From Trichinella spiralis (taxonomy: Eukaryota): a stretch of DNA of 35,861 nucleotides. This document shows positions 24,901-35,861 of this stretch, piece by piece; positions within the stretch are counted from its first letter, which is position 1; the number at the start of each line of letters is the position of its first letter. The DNA lies in NCBI RefSeq assembly GCF_000181795.1, contig NW_003526941.1, positions 7,884,120-7,919,980 of the forward strand. The letters run 5' to 3'. The notes beneath the pieces are model-generated. The model was not told the DNA's origin, made no database searches, and worked only from the letters and a program-made list of their open reading frames with translations. The translations under genes and the position numbers were made by a program.

Positions 24901-26587
24901 AAACAAATTCGAGCTATTTTTTGTTGGTTGTTTTTTGAAAACGTTTTTGTCATTGTTGTGAATTTCAACGACCACAAAACCGATTGAAGCTTTTTCTTCT
25001 CTTGCTTGCTTCGTTCACGTTACCTGGAAGAATTTTCTCTTTCTTTTGCAACATTTGAATCTCATGGGAAATTTGGTCGTTTGTTTTTTCCATTTTCCAT
25101 GCACAACCTGCTTATTCATCATTGATCTGCAACAGTTAACAAAAAAAAAAGAAGCGATAACAACAATTATTGTTTGATAAGCATTGTTTGGGAAGGAATT
25201 TCAGAAAAAATAATTTGAAAAAAACAATGCATTCATTTTTGAAATTAATGTTCATTAAATGTATTATTTCAACTTCCGATGAGCATAACGAGGTATGATG
25301 AAGTGATTATTAATTCGTGTATTATTCAGATGGTAAAGTTTTGTCCAAAGTGAGCTAGCTGTAATCAATCAATTAATTACACAACACGTACGGTTCAATT
25401 TTAGGACTTTTCCCGATGCATCAAAGAAGTTGAAGATTTCGCGCAGAGTCTACTTAATGGAGTTTCTGTTTGTGGCTGTCTAATTACAGAGCATTGTGTA
25501 ACGAATTTTTGGAACATGGAACGAGAAGTATCAGCCACGCTTGCCAATTCAACAGCATGCAAGTGAGAAAATTTATTCAATGAAAAAAAAACCGTGTGCA
25601 TTTTTGATTTTTTTTTTCTTTTTTTAAATTCTCAAAAAATTTTCAGCGTGCTGTTCGTGTGCCTGAGCTCTGCGATGGTACGGGTCGAACGACGTTCCGT
25701 GGGACAATTGAAAGTCACTTCCGTTGCGATACCTTTTATTCACGATGCTACCCGGGTGGATCACAATATTTTGGACGAAAATATTGTCCATCCAGATTGC
25801 TACAACGTTGATTTGCTCTGGAGCGTGCCGAATCCAACGACCGCGGATCGTCTTTTCATTTTTTTGCATGTGTGTAGAAAAGAGATGTTCTCCCAAAAAT
25901 TCATCCCCTTTCTAATTATTACTTTATCAATCATCGTCTCTTTTTTTTTCTTGCGTAGTTTTTGCTGCCTTATGTGACGGCCATTTCACCAGAGTTAGTC
26001 ATCTTGAATGTTGATCTCGACCATCCGAACGCGAAACATTTGGCACCATCCTTGCTGTCATTCATTGTCAGCAACTTTCTGACACTTGCCAACTCTCGTT
26101 TACTTGTCAGCGCAAATGTTCCTACAGTTAGTGTAAGTGATGAAGTTTTAATCTTCAATATATTATTATTATCTGCTGAATTTAGTATCCAGACAAGTAC
26201 ATCAAAAGCTCATTGACAGCACTGCTCAGTGCTTTGGCTGGTTGTGATATGCCAATTGACACGTTACTTTCCAATAAATTATCAAATTATTCAATCACTA
26301 TGGTAGCTGAGCTGGTTTATCAGCTTCGGACGGTCTTGCCAACGTTGCAGTCTGTTCTGCTCCCGGTGAGCTTGATAGACGGACTTCCTGTAGATATGAA
26401 TCTCTGGTTTGGTCGAATGCATCGTCCGAGACCGTTGAAAATTTTGCACGATTACTTTTGCAAACATCTCAAATTGAATAGTGCCGATTTGATCAGCTAC
26501 CGCACTTGGTCGACTAAAACTCCATGTAAAATTTGTTCGAACCGAATTGGCAACTGGGTTTGCCTCATCTGCTCAGAGGTTTGCTTT

Positions 26588-26618
<31 letters not shown>

Positions 26619-26840
26619 TATACTGTCGTCTTCTTTCTTTGCATCGCTTTGCTTGCTTTTTTTTTCTCTTTTAATCAATTAATATATTTGTTTATCCAGG
26701 TGTTTTGCGATTCCAATGTGAATTCTCATCGTGAGCAGCATCGTGAAATGGAACGAAATCACAACTTCTTTGTCAACGTTACCGAAAGTTCAGTGTACTG
26801 TTACCTTTGCAACGCAGAATCCGGTTACCGGTCCTATTGA
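21963..26840 (+). CDS. Class IIb histone deacetylase (HDAC6/HDAC10 family): catalytic domain + degenerate deacetylase domain + ZnF-UBP, ~880 aa
   Basis: In-frame exons 21963-22028, 22168-23627, 23702-23738, 25405-25562, 25647-25869, 25959-26126 (or 26132), 26186-26578, 26700-26840. Catalytic motifs HIETPERL, RPPGHHA, NGFCLFNN, DWDVHYGQG, SAGFDA and LEGGY are intact. Confidence 0.9.
22033..22111. repeat. (TGT/TGC/TGG)n low-complexity tract in HDAC intron 1
   Basis: gttgttgttcttggtgtcggtgttgctgttgtggttgc...gttgttgttgttgtgg lies between donor 22029 and acceptor 22167. Confidence 0.75.
26455..26840 (+). other. ZnF-UBP (BUZ) zinc finger of the HDAC, split by intron 26579-26699
   Basis: FCKH...PCKICSNRIGNWVCLICSE|VFCDSNVNSHREQH...NH...SVYCYLC follows the Cys/His spacing of the HDAC6 ZnF-UBP. 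Confidence 0.8.
26585..26617. repeat. (TTTA)n microsatellite; similar tracts at ~2849-2873 and ~17667-17691
   Basis: tttatttatttatttatttatttatttattt seen directly. Confidence 0.9.
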
Positions 26841-29180
26841 TTCCTCTACTTGTGCAGATAACAACATTATCATTATTGTTATGTTATAATCAATTTGTTG
26901 CTTAATAAAATGTTCACAAATATAATAACAATGGTGGATTTCTTCAATGCGAAGCGCAACCGCTGAATATTTCTGCACAGTTATCACTGTAATCTCGTGT
27001 TCTCGTTCCAGAAGCTGCACTTTTCAAATAATAAAAGTAAAACTTGACAAAAACCAACATATTATATAATATGGTAATGGTTAAACAATGACGACGTTAT
27101 TTAGACATTTCAATCTACTTTTTAGAAATTGACATTCAGGTTCTCTTCAATTTATCAACTTATATTCTACTATACTGTATCTTCTTCTATTTAAGCTTGG
27201 CAATTAGTAGCCATAGTCGACTATTCTTTCTTGTTCAGTTCAGTTCAATTCAATTCAATTCTATTTTATTTTATTTTATTCCAGTGCAAAATTTCCAAGA
27301 AAATATAACAACAACGAAAACGTCACAAGCTGCTGTGTGTGGGTCTGTGTTCACTGATGGCTTATTTGTTGTTTTGTTGTAATTCATGCATAAAATTACA
27401 TTTGGTTGTTCGGCCAAGTTCACACAGGTGAGATTGTTTTGTTTTGTTTTTCACATTTTTCACGTATGTTTCAGTTACCGTAAAAAAACTATAGACTATT
27501 AGATTGTCAGGTGCAATTTGCAATATCAAGTTACAGTTATTGGGCACTTGGTTGATATTCAGCAGTTAGTGTAATCTGTTGCATGTGAAAAAATATTGAG
27601 ATGCTTTACTATTGTTTAACAGTACTTGTTTTCGGAATTACTTGAGAACATCCCATAGTTTCAATATTAACATTCGTATTCATTTGTATTACAATCAGAT
27701 TTAAATAAATAATCTTTTCTAGTTGTAGAAATTGAAAATTAGGTCATTGGACCTAAAGTAAGGAAAGTATTTTATCATTTGCATAATTCGCTTACTACTA
27801 CTGCTTTACTAATATCCAGTTTTATGGTCACTTAGTTGTTCAGTGTGTCGTCTTCATGTTCAACAGGTGCTGAACTTGAGTTCTCTTTTTCACTTATCGT
27901 CATCTGTGTTTGAAACGTATGCTATTCTATGATTGTCATCTGTGATATCCATTTATGTTTTTATAACTTGAGAAAGAGATTTTTACGCTTGCAATGTGCA
28001 TGACTATACTAGTATACTAGTTTGAATTGATCAACTACTTTCTTTTTTTTTGTTATATACTTTAAAATATTTCTAACCGGGAATCAGTTGCAAATAGTAA
28101 AGTATAAATATAAATATTATTATACATTTATTTACATAACTAAATCAATTCAAGTAACTTTTCAAACTCAGGTGATTTGAAAATCAATACTACAAATGCA
28201 TTCAAGCGAAATAAAGAGAACCGCAATTTGTTATTATTGAATAGCGTCAAATGGGAATTGAAAGTATTGTTTAATATTGACTTGACTTGATTTGAAATAA
28301 ATTTCTTTTCTAACATTCCATCATATATTATGATGATTTTGAAATTCTGAATGAAGGAAAACTAACATGAGATGGATGTGAATATCGATAAGAATTGGAA
28401 GTGTTTGTATACAACGAATTTTTTCAGTTACTTTGTAAAGGACGAACGGAGTGCCTGTAGTACTTTCATTTTCATGTTGTGCTAAAATTCAAATTTTTAC
28501 TTTCATTGTAAAATTAATTTTTTGATAAATGTTCTTTTTTTCAAAATAATGCTTATTATGTATTCCTTTTTTTCTTTTATTTCAGAATTTTATGGAAATA
28601 GCCTTCCATAAATTGAAAGAATCCACAGCATATCTTGTCTTCAATTGAGGAATATGCAACAGTGCTCAGTATCCACTGTTGTGACTTATTTCACTTTTAC
28701 CTCGTCTAGTTTACGCGCCTTTACATAACATCGCGGTTTTATATTTGCATATGTTGCGTGGTATTGTTGTGCATGTTATGTGAAGTTTGAACAAGAAGAA
28801 ATCAAAATTTTCGACATTTCAAAAAAGCAAGGCTATAGCCTTTTGCTGTTTTTACGATTTTTTTAAAAATGTTGGATTTCTTTTAAATTGGATGTGAAAA
28901 GTATATATCCATAGAGTTTGATAAATAAATACAGTCGAAAAGTTCCATTGATATATAAGTTGTACTGAGTGATTAAATCGACCCAAAGTCCACCCTTCCT
29001 ATCTTAATGCACACGAAAGCAGCCCATGCAGAACTCCCTTGAAACGGTTGCAGGACGGGTGAATCAGGGTATAGGAAACGTAATCTTCATCATATTGCGG
29101 TATTCTCTGACAGGTGGATTTCGTGTGCAATATCCGCTTTGCCGGGCATGTTGATTTTTGATCCTGCAGTGGCCATTGGG

Positions 29181-29789
29181 NNNNNNNNNNGACAAACTAA
29201 TTCTCATATACGTGGCATTTATTCTAATTCTTTCAAGATTATTTGCATATAAGCTCAAGTAGAACAAAAGGCGTGCCCATAGGGAACACAAANTGNTATT
29301 ATTGAATTTCTTTCTTCATATATGGGAAACAGTATTGTACAATTATTTTATTACAGAAACTAACAATAATACTCAATTGAATATTTAATGAGATATTTAG
29401 ACAAAAATTGCTTGTTTAGTAAAGCTGACANTNATAGGGGGAAAAGAAATGCATGATTCCATGAAAAACTGTAAATGAAACGTTTTATTTTGAAATAATT
29501 CTTATTTCCGTATCATATTTAATCAATTAAAATTGCGTAAATAAAAAATTTGGAGTTCAAAGGGTTTTCTGTATTACCAAAAAGTGAAATTTCAGGGCAC
29601 AAATGTTATTGGAAATCNGCAACTTTTNGCTCGCGGGNATTTGTTCAAATANTTTGTATAAANTGCTAATGAAATGCAATTATAGGATGTATTATCAAGC
29701 GCGCACGTTTCGCTACCGTCTCTGTCGTCCCCACTAAAATCGCATCAATGTACAACTTTTGCACAATCTCGGCAAATACNNNNNNNNNN
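29181..29789. other. Low-quality assembly segment flanked by two 10-N gaps
   Basis: N runs at 29181-29190 and 29780-29789 with scattered single Ns between them. Confidence 0.95.
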
Positions 29790-31742
29790 GAAGTCTAGTG
29801 CAATAATTTCTTTGTTTTTGGAGCGAAGTCGATTTTTCTTCATTTTCCGTCCAATTGGAATCTATTTATAAACATTGTTTCAGGACGGATTGAAATGTAA
29901 ATAAAATCTAAATTTGATTACAAATATCAATTCCACTGACATTTTCACCCTTTACCAGTTCTTGTTCTAGTATAGTTTTATTGAATGGTTGACTTTGCCA
30001 TTAGTCTTGATTTTTTCATCCTTAGCTTGCAAAAAGTTTGCCACAAATTTGTGATTGGCTGTTCGTTGATAGGTTGTAATGGTTTCGTTATTAATTGGCT
30101 GATGAATTGTGCAATGTTATTAGTTACTCAATTTTCCCCAGCAATTGGACGAATGTGTAGTAATATTTGATTAGCTCCTTAATTCTGTTCATTTATTGGG
30201 TGATTATTTTTCATCAAGGATTTCCTCCAGTATATATTGCATTACAGATTAATTATCTTTTTCCTTGGTAGCAGTAGTTTGATGTAATATTTTAGATGTT
30301 TACTTAATCTGATTTTCCTTTATTTACATTCATAAGGAGCAACAGGCGTTTAAATCAACACTGAAAAGGGAATTCAATTACAATTTATAATATTATATGA
30401 AGGTTGAATACGAACGTAATAACTTTTATAGTTAGTAAAATTTTCGATTATATTGATGTCATTCCGCTATTACCACTATACGTGCGGTGATTTCAACTTT
30501 GCTACGCTAACTATTCTAATTTCTTGGACTTGATCTTGATCTAATTTTAAGAATGTCGTCCTCATGGTTATTTAGTTAATCAGTGCTCTGCGCAGCAGTC
30601 AAGAAGCGCGTTGAGCTCTTTTCCTCAATACCGTCTTCAGTTAGGTGGTAAGTGATATTTCATTCCTGAGCCTCTGTTCTATTCATATACGGTTCGCATC
30701 AGACAACGTGTTAATCACAAATGGAGGGTGAACAATATCATGCAGTTTGAATGTACTAAAGAATCCATGAGAAACTTGATGTATAATTGGTGAACCCTGT
30801 CAGTGCGCTTTTTTTTCGCTTTTTACCATTTTTTTCTACATAAAGCAATATGAGTATTAAGGGTAAATTTTCACTTGATCGGTTGGTGATTGTCCATCCA
30901 AGAATGCAAGTAGACAAACTCTACTTCACGATACTTCTAACAGCGTATAGTGCAGTTTGGAATAGAAAAAGAAGTTGTGCTTGTTCAAAAATTAATCTGC
31001 AAAGTATTATCATCGTGCTAGTACAGCCTCATTTACGTAAGACACTATTTTATACTTCTTCAATTTACGCCATAATATTATTTATGATAGATAGTGGCTT
31101 TGATCTGTAACGTATTCAGGATTTTGTTCTTGTTCAGCAATTATTATAATCTTTGGTGTTTGCTCATTACATTGTTATACGTTTTCAAAGCATACATGCA
31201 TTTCTAGGTCAGAAGAGTAACTTTATGCTAATGTGTTGGTAAACACTGCCGTTGGCATTCTGCTACGTGCCCTTTGTGCTATTCAAATGCGGTAGCAATG
31301 TTCCTTATATAAATTTCTGTTTATTGAGAGAACTGCATTATAGTATAAATGTTCGCTGCTGAAGGGCGGTCTAATTACTTACTGCATTGCGTTATTTGGT
31401 CATTTCGATGCTTCACTGCAACCATTACGTTGTGATTGTTAGACTAAAAATATGAAGAAACCACGAACATCAGTTACAAAATGTATGACTCTACGTTTGC
31501 TTTATACGTCATTTCTGACAGGTCTGCTGACAGGTATGAATTTTTATGTATTTGCTATTTTTTATACAATATTTCCTTTCATTCTCTTGGCACACTGCAC
31601 TAAACATGCGCGCTTTTTAAGCTTTTCGTAGTTGTTTGATTTTAGTCTTTTTGAATGGAAACTAGCGCGTTTTTCTTCAGTACAGCGTTCAATTAATATT
31701 CCAGACTTTATTACGGCCAAGCCAATACATAATAGTACTATA

Positions 31743-31794
31743 ATTTTGCTATAATTTTCAAAAGCCTGGTATATTTTGCTATAATTTTCAAAAG
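31743..31794. repeat. Short direct repeat, 22 bp x2 at 30-bp period
   Basis: attttgctataattttcaaaag at 31743-31764 and 31773-31794. Confidence 0.9.
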
Positions 31795-34134
31795 TCCTTA
31801 TAAATCCATTTGTAAAGTAGTACTCTGTCATAGCAGTTGAACCCCTCCCGCATTACCTTTACTGCCCAGTTTAATGTTTATTGCTAAGGTAACATACTTG
31901 CCCAGTTGTTTAATGGAAATGTCTGTCACCGGGATACTGCAATCGCACAATTGCACCTCTAAATGCTTGTAACTGCTCAAATCGTGCATAAGATTGTTTC
32001 AGCATGACAGAGGAAAGCTGCTGTTACCTAGAGAACACACTTTTATACTACCACCTTTGATACTTTCAGAATGGCAGTAACGTTCCCTTCATTTTTTAAT
32101 GTTTCTATTATGTTATTGTATTGCCAATAGCACTGACCTATACAGATGCACCTATTTGATGTCATTGAGAAAATAACTCAATGCCAATCAGTGTTGTCAG
32201 TATTGATAAATGAACCTACGCCTGAATATTATACGTGAAGGTTGAGTGGAAGAACGCATATGACAACTTCCACTTCCTCCATCCTTCAACTTCTCCCTCA
32301 TTCCTTCCTGCTATGCTGTCCCGCTCTCCTTTCCTTTCTAATGATCCCCATCATTGAGCTCGTAATAATACTAAACTGAACAGAGATCTCATTCAGCTGA
32401 AAATGCTGCCCACCCCCCCCCTATATTTTGAGCTGAATTAACAGCACTTAACTGTTTTCATCTCATATGAATCTAATTTCTGATAATTGCTGTCGACTAA
32501 CAATATAACCAACTCCATGCTACTCCTGATTCTTTCGCTTTATTTTTTTCATAAAATCCAATACAGAATTGTCACCCGCATAAGTTTCTTGAATTCATTG
32601 CAAATCGTTGAGTAACTTAATTTCTGCAGGTAGGTTTATCTCATTGCATGAAGCGCGCTGATGCAGTGCTCAACCATGTTTGCAGTCTTACTATAAATCA
32701 TCATAAGGTGTAAACAAAAGTTTAGTTAAATCAAAATTTTAATGGTAAATAAGCTGTCAAGTGGCATGCATACCCACTGGTGCAGCCGCTTACCATCATG
32801 ATGTCTACGCTGCGCACTTGTTAAATTCTGTGCTGAGATAAATTGTATATTATAAAATTTCTGTCGCAGTTATCATCATAAAATTTCATAACAACTGTTT
32901 AATTTTCCATAAATCTGAATACGTATTTTATTTTTGGAACTATTTTCACTGAAAGCTATTTTTTTATTATCCATATAATTTTGATTAAATGAAAAACATT
33001 GATAAAATATAAATTATTGAATCACCTTGTACTTTCAAGCAACTAAATTGCACAACATGCATAAATACGCAGTGATAGCATTTCCGTTTATTTTTAGTAA
33101 TCTGCGATGCTTCAGGTTAATAATATTTCCTTTTAGGTAATTTTAGGGAAAACAATTTGCATAACAATGCCATATTACGTAGTAATATGAAGTGTGTAAA
33201 TAAAAACGTAATAAATTTCATCGTCTCGTTTCATAATGTTGCTCATAATGTTCATTTTACTGCGCTATTACTAATGGAAAATTAGGTTGTTCTTCCTGAG
33301 GCAAAGTAAATAGTCATTTGCATAATTTACTTATTATACAATTCACTAAGCACATCGATTTTATTAGGTTATGCAGTTCACTGCAATGCTATCAATCTAG
33401 CACGTGGTCAACTATAATTCCGCTCTTCAACAGCATCCATGAATAACTGGTAAGTTGGATTTGATATTTTGGTGGTGGTATGCTATGCATGTTGCTTTGC
33501 TTATATGGTGAATGAGAACTGACGGGTTTCTTTTCTGTTGTTGTTATTTCTAACTTTCAGGTGCATCAGATGCTGAAGAAGAAGGAATTCATTGTTTTTT
33601 ATTTTGTGATATAATTTACTTTCAGAATTGACATTCTTCTATATTCATATCAATGAATGTGAAACAAACTGTATCTGAAAACTAACTGAATATGGTAACT
33701 ATGCATCATGATAAATGTTCCTTGCTTTTCACTTGAATTTTTCTGTTAAATTTAGGTTGTTGGTTACAGTGCCAATAGCGCCACATTACTTTCATTCTAA
33801 CTGCAGCATTAATATTAAATTATCATGTATATGATATCATAGGTTGAGTGGTCTTGATTCAATTCTTCTACGAATTGAAAATTACATTTGCCTTGCTACA
33901 TTTTGAAAATGCACAGATGCAGTCTATTATCATTAAAGACGGATAAAAGTTGTTGAACGGTGGTTGTTGAAGTTGCTGACATAGCGTTCAAAAAACGTAT
34001 GACAAAAAACAGTAAGTATTGACTTTGTTTCATTAGATAGCAAGACGATGGGCGTATCAGATATATGTAGAATTTGGTAAAATCTGTAATTACAGATTAC
34101 GTCATCACCTGAGCTTCTATGGAGTTTTATTTGT

Positions 34135-35216
34135 TCTGGGCACCGTGATAAGTCATGTTCAGATCATTTCGTTCTAAATGTGGCATCCGTAAGTATTGAA
34201 TTTGCTTCTGATTGCAGTTGCATCGTACAGTGTACACATTTTATCTATGGCAGCATTACATTCACGTCAAGCGAATACGATATTTTTTCTGATGGCGCTC
34301 TGAGTTTGTTGCAGTTGGTGCAGTGACGTCCATCATTGGTACTAGTGTGGTTTCTCTTATCACAAGAGTAAGAAGGGATTGATTGTAATTGTGGCAATTT
34401 CGCTGAGTCAGCCGAGCAGCGTTCGTGCTGTCAGTGCGTTTCGAATGTGATATGGCAAAAATTAGTGAGTAGCTTTTGTTTATAATAGCTATGGATTATG
34501 TCATCCCATGAAGCTTGTACCGTTGGCAACCCTTGTTCACATGGACATAAAGGCGTTTCATAGCCGTTCCAGTGTGCCTTTGCTTATCACAAATAGTATC
34601 GTTTATCAGTAAGTATTGAATTTGATTAATTAGATAGCTGAAAGAAGCGAGTGTTGCATGGATTGAATTAGATAACATCTATAATGACAGATAACATCAT
34701 TAGCTGAACTGTTTTCAACTTCCTTTCGCTCTGGACACCGTGCTTAGTCATGTTCACACCAGTTTATTCTAGATGTGGCATCACAAACATCCGTAAGTAT
34801 TTAACTTCCTCCTGATTGCAGTTGTATACGTAAAGCGTGCACATTTCATCCATGACAGCATTACATTAACATCAAGCGAATTCGATGTTTCTTCTGATGG
34901 CCCTCTGACTTGAGCTTGACAAGTTGACGCAGTGACGTTCATCATTGGTACTAGTGTGGTTTCACTTATTATAAGAGTAAGAAAGAAATGATTGTAATTT
35001 TAGCAGATTTTTCTAGCAGACTATACCGCTGGTGCACGTATAGATCTTTTGTCAGTGCGTTTCCAATGTGATATGACAAAAATTAGTAAATTTTTTTATA
35101 ATAGCTGTGGATTATATTGTCTCATGAAGCCCGTATTGATGCCAACCAGTGTTCACCTGGCGTTTCAATTCCGTTTTCTAGCCGTCCCAGTGTCCCTTTA
35201 CTCTTCACAAATTGTA
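34135..35216. repeat. Diverged tandem duplication, two ~470-bp copies about 600 bp apart
   Basis: Copy 1 (34135-34598) and copy 2 (34730-35216) are colinear. They share the identical 24-mer catcattggtactagtgtggtttc (34331, 34940) plus catccgtaagtatt, ctgattgcagttg and gtcagtgcgtttc. Confidence 0.9.
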
Positions 35217-35637
35217 AGAAGGAATTTGATATTATGACAGGAATGAAATATGTTAAATACATAGAACAGGTATCCCAGCATTTTGTTCTTGATAGCAATG
35301 GATTACGTCATCAGAAAATTTGTTTAATCGCAGCCGATGGCACTCTCAAATTGCGTTTCCTACGGTTCTGTTTTTCCTTGTCACGCAAGGTAAGGAAGAA
35401 TTGCATTATTTTTTGTAGAAGAATTGCTTTGTATTCAAAGTTTTAGTGCGTAACTGTGAAGACGACAGCCGCATCTTGAATGATCCCCATCGAATAACGT
35501 AGTTTTTTATTTATGCTGCTGTTATTCGTCTTCAATTTCTTTAATATGGCTGTAATAATTATATTCAACTGTATTTTAGAATCATGGCATGTTTATATTA
35601 AATTTTTATTAAGAGCAGTAGAGAGCGTAAAGTACTG

Positions 35638-35861
35638 GTACGTAGCATCAAAGTAAGTGGATAAATTAATGCAGGTAAGTAGGGTCGAAGCGGATATAAA
35701 GCGATTGCGTACAGGTAAATGGACTGCAGGTAAGTACCGAAGGTAAGTATGAGTAAGTAGGGTGCAGGTGAGTAAAATAAGGTAAGTTGTGCAGTAAGGT
35801 AAGGTGCAGGTGAGTAAAGTGAAAAGGTAAGTTGTGCAGTAAGGTAAGTAAGGTGCAGGTG
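35638..35861 (+). repeat. GGTAAG/GGTGAG-rich tandem repeat (42-49-nt units) running off the window end
   Basis: Units ggtgcaggtgagtaaaataaggtaagttgtgcagtaaggtaa (35761-35802) and a 49-nt variant (35803-35851); a third begins at 35852; degenerate copies lie upstream. Confidence 0.85.

Noticed and set aside
28990..29291. Possible transposase fragment (QYDEDYVSY, weakly hAT/Buster-like) and an ORF spanning the gap
   Set aside because: Similarity is too short, and the ORF crosses an N gap of unknown true length.
31562..31831. 89-aa minus ORF with duplicated FENYSKI
   Set aside because: Explained by a 30-bp-period DNA duplication; no recognisable domain or gene context.
35638..35861. Telomeric repeat, CRISPR array or U1 snRNA gene
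   Set aside because: Not TTAGGC/TTAGG; no repeat-unique-spacer pattern and the DNA is eukaryotic; only the U1 5'-end motif recurs, without a U1 body.

Overview
AT-rich eukaryotic genomic DNA with short GT-AG introns. The style suggests an invertebrate, most likely a clade I nematode such as Trichinella (inference). Three protein-coding genes can be read. (1) The 3' part of a HUWE1/EEL-1 HECT E3 ubiquitin ligase (+, <1-11391, about 35 exons). (2) A convergent single-coding-exon C2H2 zinc-finger gene with PRDM13-type fingers, an FRPW motif and no visible PR/SET domain (-, 12852-13442). (3) A class IIb histone deacetylase (+, 21963-26840, 8 exons) with an intact first deacetylase domain, a degenerate second domain and a divergent ZnF-UBP. 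The non-coding highlights are a candidate box H/ACA RNA in the longest HUWE1 intron (~4770-4905), a long hairpin downstream of HUWE1 (11981-12064), a diverged ~600-bp tandem duplication (34135-35216) and a satellite built almost entirely of 5' splice-site consensus sequences at the window end (35638-35861). Two N gaps lie at 29181-29190 and 29780-29789. All family assignments come from motif recognition by eye; no searches were run.
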